From Candidatus Minthosoma caballi (GTDB lineage: Bacteria > Bacteroidota > Bacteroidia > Bacteroidales > Bacteroidaceae): a stretch of 64,000 nt of DNA. The notes beneath the pieces are model-generated. The model worked only from the letters and a program-made list of their open reading frames with translations, did no database searches and was not told where the DNA came from. The DNA lies in contig JAGHVC010000024.1 in assembly GCA_018064505.1 (NCBI GenBank), positions 28,845-92,844 of the forward strand, in the 5' to 3' direction. This document shows, one piece after another, positions 9,990 to 19,245 of this stretch (its first letter is position 1; every line of letters begins with the position of its first letter). The position numbers were made by a program, and so were the translations under genes.

Positions 9990-12008
9990 TTGTTTGCCGA
10001 CATCATACTACCTATAGCATTCGACAGCTTCACATATCTTGTTCCAGAAGCAATGGAAGGACAAGTTGTGCGAGGCTGTCGAGTTGTTGTGCCTCTTGGC
10101 AAAAACAAAATCTACACTGGCGTGGTGCTTTCTACACACAACAACAAGCCAAAGGGAGTAGAGATTAAGGCAATTATTGAAGTGCTAGACGAACACCCAG
10201 TGGTGAACGAGCAGCAATTCAAATTCTGGCAATGGATTGCCAGCTACTACATCTGTCCGCTGGGCGATGTGATGAAGTGCGGATTGCCTGGAGCGATGAA
10301 GCCTAAGGATGAGAATGCACTGAAAGAGGCAAGCAGGAAGCGCCGGGCACAGAAAAGCGACTTCGCCTCGGAAGATGGCTTCGTGTACAACAACCTAAAC
10401 GAAGCACAGAAAACAGCCATGAAGGAGATTGAGGAATCCTTCACAACAAAGAATGTCACCTTGCTGCACGGAGTCACTTCGAGCGGCAAGACTGAAATTT
10501 ATATTCACCTCATAGACAAGTATTTGAGCGAGGGCAAGCAAGTGCTTTATCTTCTTCCCGAAATTGCTCTTACTACTCAAATAACCGACCGTTTGCGCCA
10601 AGTGTTTGGCGACCGAATGGGAGTGTATCACAGCAAGTTCACAGATGTGCAGCGACTGCAAGTGTACAAGCGTCAAGCATCGTCAATGCCATATCATCTG
10701 ATACTCGGCGTCAGGTCGAGCATCTTCCTTCCTTTCCAAAATCTCGGATTGATAATCGTGGACGAAGAGCATGAACAAAGCTACAAGCAGCAAGATCCCG
10801 CTCCGCGCTATCATGCCCGTTCGGCGGCCATAATGCTGGCACACATGTTTGGCGCAAAGACTCTGCTCGGCACTGCCACTCCAAGCTTCGAGACCTATCA
10901 TCTGGCAAGAAAAGAACGCTATGGCTATGTGCAGCTAACAAAGCGATACAAGGATATGCAACTACCCGTCATTGAGGTAGTTGACACAAAGGAAGCAAAA
11001 CGAAAGAAAGAGATGAGAGGTCTCTTCTCTCCCCGACTGATTGAGGTTGTGAGAGAAGCTCTCGAGCACAAGGAACAAGTCATTTTATTTCAAAACAGAC
11101 GCGGTTTCTCATCTTTCATCGAATGTAAGCAATGCGGCTGGGTGCCTCGATGTCCTCATTGTGATGTCAGTCTCACGCTCCACAAGAAGTCGAGCAGCCT
11201 CACATGTCATTACTGCGGATACACTTGCCGCATTCCTGAGAAATGTCCAAATTGCGAGACATCTGAGTTTGTGGAGGTTGGCACAGGCACAGAGCGCGTG
11301 GAAGACCACATCGCACAAATTTTTCCTCAAGCAACCACTCTTCGCATGGACCTCGACACTGCCAAGACACGAAGCCAGTATGAGCGCATAATATCCGACT
11401 TTGCCGACCATAAAGCCGACATTCTTGTCGGAACTCAGATGGTGACAAAAGGCCTGGATTTTGACAATGTTTCGGTGGTGGGGATTCTCGACGCCGACAC
11501 TATGCTCAATCTTCCAGACTTCCGCAGCTATGAGCGTGCTTTTCAGACTCTTAGCCAAGTAGCTGGAAGAGCAGGAAGAAAGAGTACTTCGGGGCATGTT
11601 ATTCTGCAAACACGCAGCGCCGAAAGCGAGATTATCAGCCAGATCACCAGCAATGACTACTGGCACATGTTCTACAATCAGATGCTGGAACGACAAATGT
11701 TCCGCTACCCTCCTTTCTATCGTCTGATTTATGTCTATCTTCGCCACAAAGACGACCATCTGCTTGAGCATCTTGCCGATGACATGGGCACAAAGCTGCG
11801 CAGCGTCTTCGGAGAGCGCGTGCTTGGCCCAGACCGTCCTCCTGTGTCGCGAATACATTCGCTTTATATCCGCAAGATAATGATAAAGATAGAGCACTCT
11901 GCTTCTATCGAAAAAGTGCGTCAGGCATTGCTCGCCATTCAGCAGCAGATGCTTGAGCAAGCCGTGGCTAAAAGCCTCAACATTTTCTACGATGTTGACC
12001 CACTATAA
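9990..12008 (+). CDS. priA: Primosomal protein N' (replication restart helicase PriA)
   Basis: 672 aa with a TTG start. The N-terminus FADIILPIAFDSFTYLVPE is typical of PriA. Walker A is GVTSSGKTE and DEAH-like is VDEEH. The Cys-rich zinc region is CKQCGWVPRCPHCDVSLTLHK...CHYCGY...CPNC. Confidence 0.9.
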   Translation: MFADIILPIAFDSFTYLVPEAMEGQVVRGCRVVVPLGKNKIYTGVVLSTHNNKPKGVEIKAIIEVLDEHPVVNEQQFKFWQWIASYYICPLGDVMKCGLPGAMKPKDENALKEASRKRRAQKSDFASEDGFVYNNLNEAQKTAMKEIEESFTTKNVTLLHGVTSSGKTEIYIHLIDKYLSEGKQVLYLLPEIALTTQITDRLRQVFGDRMGVYHSKFTDVQRLQVYKRQASSMPYHLILGVRSSIFLPFQNLGLIIVDEEHEQSYKQQDPAPRYHARSAAIMLAHMFGAKTLLGTATPSFETYHLARKERYGYVQLTKRYKDMQLPVIEVVDTKEAKRKKEMRGLFSPRLIEVVREALEHKEQVILFQNRRGFSSFIECKQCGWVPRCPHCDVSLTLHKKSSSLTCHYCGYTCRIPEKCPNCETSEFVEVGTGTERVEDHIAQIFPQATTLRMDLDTAKTRSQYERIISDFADHKADILVGTQMVTKGLDFDNVSVVGILDADTMLNLPDFRSYERAFQTLSQVAGRAGRKSTSGHVILQTRSAESEIISQITSNDYWHMFYNQMLERQMFRYPPFYRLIYVYLRHKDDHLLEHLADDMGTKLRSVFGERVLGPDRPPVSRIHSLYIRKIMIKIEHSASIEKVRQALLAIQQQMLEQAVAKSLNIFYDVDPL

Positions 12009-12114
12009 TGCTTTTTTGCAGCCCTTTTCGTCGATTGCCAAGCATTATCTTTGCTAAAAATCTATAAAATGTAATTTTATTCCGCATTTTATTGCCTTTG
12101 TCATGGAAATTTAC

Positions 12115-12122
12115 TAATTTTG
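12115..12122 (+). promoter_or_regulatory. Candidate -7 promoter box (TAATTTTG) for the etf operon
   Basis: Matches TAnnTTTG, 75 nt upstream of the ATG at 12197. Confidence 0.4.
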
Positions 12123-12196
12123 CACCGCTAATATTCTCTGCTTTATAAGAATAACTAAACCAAGTATTGGCAAAAAACAAATTAACTAATAATAAT

Positions 12197-13006
12197 ATGG
12201 GTTTGAAAATTATCGTACTCGCTAAGCAGGTTCCTGACACACGCAATGTCGGACCAGACGCGATGACTCCAGAGGGTACAGTGAACCGTGCTGCACTTCC
12301 AGCAGTGTTCAACCCTGAGGATTTGAATGCCCTCGAGCAGGCACTTCGTTTGAAGGATGCTAATCCGGGCTCAACTATCACAATGCTCACAATGGGTCTT
12401 CCAAAGGCTGCAGAAGTGTTGAAAGAAGGTCTTTACCGTGGCGCTGATGAAGGCGTCCTCATTACAGACCGCGCTCTCGGCGGTGCCGACACTCTCGCTA
12501 CTTCTTACACTTTGGCACAGGCTATCAAGAAGGTGGGCGACTATGACATCATCCTTTGCGGTCGTCAGGCTATCGACGGCGACACAGCTCAGGTTGGTCC
12601 ACAGGTTGCTGAAAAACTTGGTCTCACTCAGATTACTTACACTGAGGAAATCATTTCTATCGACAAGGAAGCTAAGAAGATCGTTGCTAAGCGTCACATC
12701 GACGGCGGCGTTGAGACTGTAGAAGGTCCACTTCCAATCGTTGTTACAGTAAATGGCTCTGCTGCACCTTGCCGCACACGCAATGTGAAGCTCGTGTGGA
12801 AGAACAAGAACGCTGAGTTCCCAGCATGGGGCGCTGCTGACATCGAAGCAGATCCAATGCAGATTGGCAAGGCTGGTTCTCCAACAAATGTAAAGGCAGT
12901 GAAGTCAATCGTCTTCAAGGCTAAGGAAAACAAGACCCTCACATCAAGCGATGCTGATATCGAAGGTCTTATTGTAGAACTTATGGAAAGCAACACAATC
13001 GGATAA
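12197..13006 (+). CDS. etfB: Electron transfer flavoprotein beta subunit
   Basis: MGLKIIVLAKQVPDTRNVG... is a typical EtfB N-terminus. The track ORF begins at an upstream TTG (12167), and I prefer the ATG at 12197. The stop lies 1 nt before etfA. Confidence 0.88.
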   Translation: MGLKIIVLAKQVPDTRNVGPDAMTPEGTVNRAALPAVFNPEDLNALEQALRLKDANPGSTITMLTMGLPKAAEVLKEGLYRGADEGVLITDRALGGADTLATSYTLAQAIKKVGDYDIILCGRQAIDGDTAQVGPQVAEKLGLTQITYTEEIISIDKEAKKIVAKRHIDGGVETVEGPLPIVVTVNGSAAPCRTRNVKLVWKNKNAEFPAWGAADIEADPMQIGKAGSPTNVKAVKSIVFKAKENKTLTSSDADIEGLIVELMESNTIG

Positions 13007-13007
13007 T

Positions 13008-14048
13008 ATGAATAGCGTATTTGTATATTGCGAACTTGAAGGCAACAAGGTTGCTGATGTAAGTTTGGAGCTCTGCACCAAAGGTCGCAAGCTCGCCAAC
13101 ACTCTCGGCGTTCAGCTTGAGGCTGTACTCGTAGGTACAGGTCTCGATGGTGTTGAAAAGCAGGTTATGCCTTACGGCGTTGACAAGGTTCATGTGTTTG
13201 ACGCAGAAGGTCTTTTCCCATACACTTCACTCCCACACACTTCTGCAGTTGTGAACCTCTTCAAGGAGGAGCAGCCACAGATCTGCCTCCTCGGCGCAAC
13301 AGTTATCGGTCGTGACCTCGGCCCACGCGTTTCTTCTGCGCTCCACTCAGGTCTTACTGCAGACTGTACTCAGCTCGAGATTGGCGACTTCGACATGAAG
13401 GTGAAGAATGAGGCTGGCGAGTTCGTTGAGAAGCACTACGAGCAGCAGCTCTACCAGATTCGTCCTGCATTCGGCGGTTCTATCATTGCCACTATCGTGA
13501 ACCCTGAGCATCGTCCACAGATGGCTACAGTTCGCGACGGCGTGATGAAGAAGGAGATTCTCGACGAGAACTACAAGGGCGAAGTTATCAAGCACGATGT
13601 TGCTAAGTACATCCCAACAACTGACTATGTAGTTAAGGTTCTCGATCGTCATGTAGAGGCTGCTAAGCACAACCTCAAGGGCGCTCAGATCATCGTTGCT
13701 GGCGGTTATGGTGTAGGTTCTGCTGAAGGCTTCAACCAGTTGTTCGAACTTGCAAAGGAACTTCATGCAGAGGTAGGCGCAAGCCGTGCTGCAGTTGACG
13801 CAGGCTGGATTGACCACGATCGTCAGATTGGTCAGACTGGTGTTACTGTTCGTCCTAAGGTTTACATCGCTTGCGGTATCTCAGGCGCTATCCAGCACAT
13901 CGCTGGTATGAAGGACGCAGGCATCATCATCTCTATCAACAACGACCCTAACGCTCCAATCAACCAGATTGCTGACTACATCATCAACGGCACTGTTGAA
14001 GAGGTTGTTCCAAAGCTCATCAAGTACTACAAGAAGAATTCTAAGTAG
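13008..14048 (+). CDS. etfA: Electron transfer flavoprotein alpha subunit
   Basis: 346 aa. The FAD-binding signature VYIACGISGAIQHIAGM is present, and the gene is adjacent to etfB. Confidence 0.9.
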   Translation: MNSVFVYCELEGNKVADVSLELCTKGRKLANTLGVQLEAVLVGTGLDGVEKQVMPYGVDKVHVFDAEGLFPYTSLPHTSAVVNLFKEEQPQICLLGATVIGRDLGPRVSSALHSGLTADCTQLEIGDFDMKVKNEAGEFVEKHYEQQLYQIRPAFGGSIIATIVNPEHRPQMATVRDGVMKKEILDENYKGEVIKHDVAKYIPTTDYVVKVLDRHVEAAKHNLKGAQIIVAGGYGVGSAEGFNQLFELAKELHAEVGASRAAVDAGWIDHDRQIGQTGVTVRPKVYIACGISGAIQHIAGMKDAGIIISINNDPNAPINQIADYIINGTVEEVVPKLIKYYKKNSK

Positions 14049-14186
14049 CCCCCCGTCCCCCAAAGGGGGCGGCCTTCCGGACGAGGGCTATCATGTCAAA
14101 CAACAAGAAAAAAAACTCCTCTGACTTCCGCTCAGATGCATGCTACCCGGATGGCATGCCCCCTTCGGGGGTTAGGGGGCTTCAAT
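14049..14186 (+). other. GC-rich structured spacer inside the etfBA / acyl-CoA dehydrogenase operon
   Basis: Module one is TAGCCC-CCGTCCCCCAAAGGGGGCGG-...-GGGCTA (14046-14090). An A-rich linker follows. Module two is GCATGC-N10-GCATGC plus CCCCCTTCGGGGG plus GGGGGC (14137-14180), and it ends 6 nt before the ATG at 14187. Confidence 0.5.
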
Positions 14187-15896
14187 ATGGCAAATTCATA
14201 TACTGACGTTCCCGAGATTAAATTTCACATGGAACACCCGCTCATGAAGCGCATTGTTGAGCTTAAGGAGCGCAATTATGCTGACTACGGTCAGTACGAC
14301 TATGCACCAAAGGACTTCGAGGATGCTATGGACAACTACGACAAGCTTCTCGACATCACTGGTGACATCAATGCAAACATCATCGGCCCTAACTCTGAGG
14401 ATGTTGATGCAGAAGGCCCTCACTGTGAGAATGGCCGCGTTCGCTATGCAAGCAAGACTTACGAGAACCTTGACGCTACTATCAAGGCTGGTCTCTGCGG
14501 CATGACAATGCCACGCCGCTACGAAGGCCTCAACCTTCCTAATGTTGTCTATACAGCTGCTAACGAAATCATCGCTGAGGGCGATGCAGGCTTCGAGAAC
14601 ATCTGGTCTCTCCAGGACTGTATCGAGACTCTCTATGAGTTCGGTGACGAGGATCAGCGCCGTCGCTACATCCCACGCGTTTGTGCTGGCGAAACAATGT
14701 CTATGGACCTCACTGAGCCAGACGCAGGTTCTGACCTCCAGTCTGTAATGCTCAAGGCTACATATTCAGAGGAAGACAAGTGCTGGTACCTCAATGGTGT
14801 TAAGCGCTTCATCACTAATGGTGACGCAGACATCCACCTCGTGCTCGCTCGTTCTATTGAGGGCACAAAGGATGGTCGCGGTCTTTCTATGTTCATCTAC
14901 GACAAGCGCAACGGCGGCGTTAATGTTCGTCGTATTGAGAACAAGCTCGGTATTCACGGTTCTCCAACATGTGAGCTCGTTTACAAGAACGCTAAGGCAG
15001 AGCTCTGCGGCTCTGAGAAGCTCGGTCTTATCAAGTATGTAATGGGCTTGATGAACGGCGCTCGTCTTGGCATCGCTTCTCAGTCAGTAGGTGCTGAGCA
15101 GGCTGCATACGAAGAGGCTATCAACTACGCTCTCGACCGCAAGCAGTTCGGCAAGGAAATCATCAACTTCCCAGCTGTATATGATATGATCGCTCGCATC
15201 AAGGCTAAGCTCGACGCTGGTCGTTCACTCCTCTACATGACAGCTCGCTATGTTGACATCTACAAGTGTCTCGACGACATCTCTAAGGAGCGTTCACTCA
15301 CTCCAGAGGAGCGCGCAGAGTTCAAGAAGTACAGCAAGATGGCTGACGCATTCACTCCACTCGCTAAGGGTATGAACTCTGAGTTCGCTAACGAGTCTGC
15401 TTACGATTCAATTCAGGTACACGGTGGTTCTGGCTTCATGCTCGAGTACAAGTGCCAGCGCGTTTATCGCGATGCTCGTATCATGTCAATCTACGAGGGT
15501 ACTACTCAGCTCCAGACAGTTGCTGCTATCCGCTACATCACTTCTGGATTCTACGAGGGCATCATCAACGAGTACGCACAGGAGCCAGTTGCAGCAGAGT
15601 ACGCTCCATACGCAGAGCGCATCGCAGCTATGTTCGAGAAGCTCAAGGCTTGCACAGCTAAGGCTAAGGAGCCTGCTAACCAGGAGTTCCTCGACCTTTG
15701 TTCACGCCACCTCTACGAGATGACAGCTTATGTAATCATGTCTCATCTCCTCCTTCAGGATGTTCAGCGCAACGCAGACCTCTTCAAGAAGAGCCTCGTT
15801 GTCTTCATGAACTATGCTGAAAGCAAGGTTGAAGAGCACTGCAACTACATCACTAAGCTCGATGTAGATCAGCTTGACGCATACCGTCAGGAATAA
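14187..15896 (+). CDS. Acyl-CoA dehydrogenase family protein (long form, ~570 aa)
   Basis: Motifs include MTEPDAGSDL-like (DLTEPDAGSDLQS), GxKRFITNG, and IYEGTTQLQ. It lies downstream of etfBA. I prefer the start MANSYTDVPE at 14187, because the track's start at 14136 lies inside the hairpin spacer. Confidence 0.85.
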   Translation: MANSYTDVPEIKFHMEHPLMKRIVELKERNYADYGQYDYAPKDFEDAMDNYDKLLDITGDINANIIGPNSEDVDAEGPHCENGRVRYASKTYENLDATIKAGLCGMTMPRRYEGLNLPNVVYTAANEIIAEGDAGFENIWSLQDCIETLYEFGDEDQRRRYIPRVCAGETMSMDLTEPDAGSDLQSVMLKATYSEEDKCWYLNGVKRFITNGDADIHLVLARSIEGTKDGRGLSMFIYDKRNGGVNVRRIENKLGIHGSPTCELVYKNAKAELCGSEKLGLIKYVMGLMNGARLGIASQSVGAEQAAYEEAINYALDRKQFGKEIINFPAVYDMIARIKAKLDAGRSLLYMTARYVDIYKCLDDISKERSLTPEERAEFKKYSKMADAFTPLAKGMNSEFANESAYDSIQVHGGSGFMLEYKCQRVYRDARIMSIYEGTTQLQTVAAIRYITSGFYEGIINEYAQEPVAAEYAPYAERIAAMFEKLKACTAKAKEPANQEFLDLCSRHLYEMTAYVIMSHLLLQDVQRNADLFKKSLVVFMNYAESKVEEHCNYITKLDVDQLDAYRQE

Positions 15897-15920
15897 TATC
15901 CTACACATTATTTATATATA

Positions 15921-15951
15921 AAAAGGACTCGCCGTTTGGTGAGTCCTTTTT
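15921..15951 (+). terminator. Rho-independent terminator of the etf-acd operon
   Basis: AAAAGGACTC-gccgtttggt-GAGTCCTTTT followed by T. The stem is 10 bp including the A/T extension, with a U-tract. Confidence 0.75.
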
Positions 15952-16061
15952 GTGTGTCGATAATGAATTAATCATTTAGCTATACGAGGGGATTGCAATT
16001 TGTCAAATTGGGGAAAACATAAAAGAGCGAGTTGCAGAATTATGGTTTACCTTTTAACTTA

Positions 16062-16892
16062 CTACTTTATCTGTTCTATTGGAATTAAGGAGTAATCGAA
16101 CATCACTTCTGAGTGATTATTCCAATTCAACTCCCTCTTTATCAGCTTGCCTGTAGCACGATCAAGGGTTTCTCTATAAATCTTTGATATGCGATAGAAC
16201 TTTCCATTATCCTCCTTGTGGAAATGATGATTCTCTTCTACCAATCTATAAGTCCAAGGGTACTCATTGGTGGTACGCAATTCTGCATGAAGGGAATCAC
16301 CTTCACACCATGTGCAAACCTGTACTGGCTGATCGGTATCATTGCGGAAACGATAGTCCACGAAATTATAGTTCACAGAAGTACCTGCACTATAAGGCAC
16401 CCTCACCCCATTAGGATCCGGAGCTAAAGCGTCAGAATGATGATGAATCTCTGTTACTGTCAAAGGGCTATGCATCACAAGCAAATTGAGCGTATTAGCA
16501 AGATTACACAAGCCACCTCCTACGCCTGCAACCAATTTACCATTGATTATCACTCTACCCTCCGCAAATCCATTCTTCTTGTTCGTTTTGCCTACATAAT
16601 GCCAGAAAGAGAACGATTCGCCAGGCATAACAACTACTCCATTCATCTTACTACAAGCCAAACGAATATTATCTGCCTTATTTTGCTGATGAAGAGCATT
16701 GATACCTGGACCTCTCTTTATCATATCGTTGCTATGACTGGTTATGACTACTGGAAGTTTCTCCTCTTGCTTCACCTTAGCAAACTTCTCCTTGCCCAAA
16801 AAGTTCTTGATGTGTCGCTTCACGATTTCCTTATAAAGGGAAATCTTGTAAGTTGTAGGACTGATTTCGCAAAATAGTTTTTTTCGTGCCAT
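16062..16892 (-). CDS. VanW family protein
   Basis: 276 aa. Motifs: GESFSFWHYVGKTNKKNGF...GKLVAGVGGGLCNLANTLN...HSD. These are typical VanW-domain motifs. Confidence 0.75.
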   Translation of the reverse strand: MARKKLFCEISPTTYKISLYKEIVKRHIKNFLGKEKFAKVKQEEKLPVVITSHSNDMIKRGPGINALHQQNKADNIRLACSKMNGVVVMPGESFSFWHYVGKTNKKNGFAEGRVIINGKLVAGVGGGLCNLANTLNLLVMHSPLTVTEIHHHSDALAPDPNGVRVPYSAGTSVNYNFVDYRFRNDTDQPVQVCTWCEGDSLHAELRTTNEYPWTYRLVEENHHFHKEDNGKFYRISKIYRETLDRATGKLIKRELNWNNHSEVMFDYSLIPIEQIK

Positions 16893-16898
16893 GTGTAT

Positions 16899-18233
16899 TT
16901 ATCGTTTTTGCAACTCGAAAATAACATACGAACTATACTCTTTAATCATACTGTTGGCCAAAGCGAAGTCTAACGAAGTGAGAGGCTTACGCACACTAAC
17001 TGGTAGTTTGTGGACAGGTAGCATCATTATTCCATGCGAACTCGTCACTTCGAACTTATCTGTTACCATTCGCTTCACATCATCCGCAGAAAGGGCTGTG
17101 GCACCATGCCAGTTTTCCTGCTTGTGGTGCAGAAAAGAACGGCGTTTTTTAGACGGAATATCAAAGATGAAACGGCCTCCTGGCTTCAAAATGCGATACA
17201 CTTCATCGAATATGCCCTGAATGGTCTGTTCGTCAAGATGCATGAGCAGATGGAACGAATATACCAAATCCACAGATTGGTCATCAAAGCCTGTTGCTGT
17301 AGCAGATGCCTGACGGAACTGTACATTCTTGTGCCTCTTCTTGGCGTGAGCCATCATCTCGCTGCTTGCATCAAGTCCGTGACTGGCATAGTTGGTCAGT
17401 CTGCCTGTACCGCAAGCAATCTCTAGTCGAACGGAGTCAGCCTTAGTGTTTATCAACTTGTCAAGCACTCTGCGCTCTTCAGCATCGATAAAACGGCCAT
17501 AACTATTGTTGAAACGGCTTTCGTCGTACTGATCTGCGATAGTGTCATAATAGTTTACTACTTCATTATCATTCATATAATCGCACACTTTGTCAATTTG
17601 TTCCTTGAAACTACCTCCAAACTTGTTGTCGAAGAAAGCGCTTCCAATGGTGAAAGTCCAAGGCGAAGCCTCCTTCACCTCGCTAAGTCTCTGGAAACTA
17701 TCAACGCTACCTGCCAAACACACTGGAGCTGGCACATTTTTCACTAAAGCAGCATTGAGAGCCACCGCATCGCCAGTGAATCGGTAGCCCAAAAGATCAA
17801 TGCCGTAAGCACCCTTCTCCACATAGCGCCTCGCTTCATCAATCATTTCCTCTATGCTTCCTTCAAGCACCGATGGGCGACCTGTTATTTTGCCCACAAA
17901 AGGCATGTATCGCATGTTATGTTCCTTGCAATAATCATTGATGGAATCATGAAAAATAGTGCCCATAAGCACATCACACCCACACTCCACAGCCACTTTT
18001 GCACCGGCCAAGCCCTCTTCTTCAGTGTATGCCACAACTTCAAGGAAAGTTGTCTTTCCACACTCTTTCATGCGAGAATACAGTCTCTTCATATCTTCCA
18101 AAGGCAATGGATGTTCCTTGAATCCCCAGAATTTTGCCTTTGAGTCTTTGCATTCCTCAAATATCTCTGCTGCATTCATCACAGTAAAGTCATTATGAGT
18201 AAGCATCACTACAAGTTCAGGATTTTGTGTCAT
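16899..18233 (-). CDS. Fusion protein: uncharacterised N-terminal domain (possibly barrel-like, ~225 aa) plus a class I SAM-dependent methyltransferase
   Basis: 444 aa. The C-terminal half has SAM-MTase motif I (LEIACGTGRLT), post-I (LDASSEM), and motif IV region (LKPGGRFIFD). The N-terminal half (ELVVMLTHND...GIDLLGYRF...CLAGSV) matches no family I can name. It ends 6 nt upstream of the VanW gene. Confidence 0.6.
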   Translation of the reverse strand: MTQNPELVVMLTHNDFTVMNAAEIFEECKDSKAKFWGFKEHPLPLEDMKRLYSRMKECGKTTFLEVVAYTEEEGLAGAKVAVECGCDVLMGTIFHDSINDYCKEHNMRYMPFVGKITGRPSVLEGSIEEMIDEARRYVEKGAYGIDLLGYRFTGDAVALNAALVKNVPAPVCLAGSVDSFQRLSEVKEASPWTFTIGSAFFDNKFGGSFKEQIDKVCDYMNDNEVVNYYDTIADQYDESRFNNSYGRFIDAEERRVLDKLINTKADSVRLEIACGTGRLTNYASHGLDASSEMMAHAKKRHKNVQFRQASATATGFDDQSVDLVYSFHLLMHLDEQTIQGIFDEVYRILKPGGRFIFDIPSKKRRSFLHHKQENWHGATALSADDVKRMVTDKFEVTSSHGIMMLPVHKLPVSVRKPLTSLDFALANSMIKEYSSYVIFELQKR

Positions 18234-18256
18234 GTTGTCTTCTGTATAATTTTATG

Positions 18257-18264
18257 CAAAATTA
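18257..18264 (-). promoter_or_regulatory. Candidate -7 box (TAATTTTG) for the methyltransferase-VanW operon
   Basis: The reverse strand reads TAATTTTG, 24 nt upstream of the ATG at 18233. Confidence 0.45.
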
Positions 18265-18358
18265 GTAAAAAAGCACTGTAACAAGTACATTTACGCCTAT
18301 ATTTTAGCTGTTTTGCACAAAGACAGCACAAAAAACGCATTATATCAAATAATGATTG

Positions 18359-18366
18359 TAAATTTG
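18359..18366 (+). promoter_or_regulatory. Candidate -7 box (TAAATTTG) for the secreted-protein island
   Basis: Matches TAnnTTTG, 39 nt upstream of the ATG at 18405. Confidence 0.45.
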
Positions 18367-18404
18367 CAAAAATCAAATAAACAATTAACAAGAAAACATA
18401 TACA

Positions 18405-19133
18405 ATGAAAAAAATTATCCTTCCCCTTTTTGCGGCACTCATGCTTTGCTCATGCGGCAACACTACCAGCAAAAGCGCTGGTGAATGCGATTCAGACTCG
18501 GTTGCATCTTTTGAAGAAACAGAAGAATGCGAGGCAAACCTCAACTACATGCACCCTGACACTCAGATGTTTGAACTCTTCGGCATGGTAAAGAGCATGA
18601 CTCTCACCAAGTATTACGATGTCAGCTCCGAAGGAGAAATTAAGGACAAGAGCAACAGCTTTGTCGAGAAGAAGCTTTTCTTCACGCGCAGTGGCGAATT
18701 TGACATTTATAACAAGGATTTCGAATGGAGGCTCACTAATCCACAGTTCGATCGTAGCAGCGAACTGAAAGTCTCAAAAGTCACTTGGTATGTCGAGGAC
18801 TTTGACATGAATCTCTCCGACACATACGAGTACAACAGCCGCGGCATGGTCAGCAAATTGGAGAGCGAGGGAGTAGAAAACTTCAGCACCATTACCTTCA
18901 AGTACGACAACAATACAAACCTCATCTCCTCTCACGATGAATCTGCGGGCGAAGGTTCCATTTTCTGCACAGACATCACATACACTATCCTCGAAAAAGA
19001 TGCCCAGGGCAACTGGACAAAGCGCTTGTTGAAGTGCGACGAGAAAACAGGCGACGATGACGGATCTGGCAAGTACACAGAATCAAGCACATACTACGAA
19101 GTCGAAACTCGTGAGATTGAGTATTACGAATAG
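18405..19133 (+). CDS. Hypothetical lipoprotein
   Basis: 242 aa with a lipoprotein signal (MKKIILPLFAALMLCSCGN). It contains weak YD-repeat-like strings (TYEYNSRGMVSKL, TFKYDNNTNLIS). The gene is AT-rich. Confidence 0.55.
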   Translation: MKKIILPLFAALMLCSCGNTTSKSAGECDSDSVASFEETEECEANLNYMHPDTQMFELFGMVKSMTLTKYYDVSSEGEIKDKSNSFVEKKLFFTRSGEFDIYNKDFEWRLTNPQFDRSSELKVSKVTWYVEDFDMNLSDTYEYNSRGMVSKLESEGVENFSTITFKYDNNTNLISSHDESAGEGSIFCTDITYTILEKDAQGNWTKRLLKCDEKTGDDDGSGKYTESSTYYEVETREIEYYE

Positions 19134-19245
19134 ATCTTGTTTTGATTCGTTTACAAGCAGAATTTTGTTGCTGTTCTCTATTGGATGTACAGCAAAAACA
19201 TAAAAAATCAACTTATATAATTATAAATAATCACAAAAAAACACT

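Noticed and set aside
14136-14186. Upstream extensions of track ORFs: acyl-CoA dehydrogenase from 14136, lyase from 25614, ispG from 57558, porP from 49728, etfB from 12167.
   Set aside because: The extensions run through hairpin spacers or promoter boxes, or they overlap neighbouring genes. They also precede obvious native N-termini (a signal peptide or a conserved first motif). Internal ATG starts were preferred.
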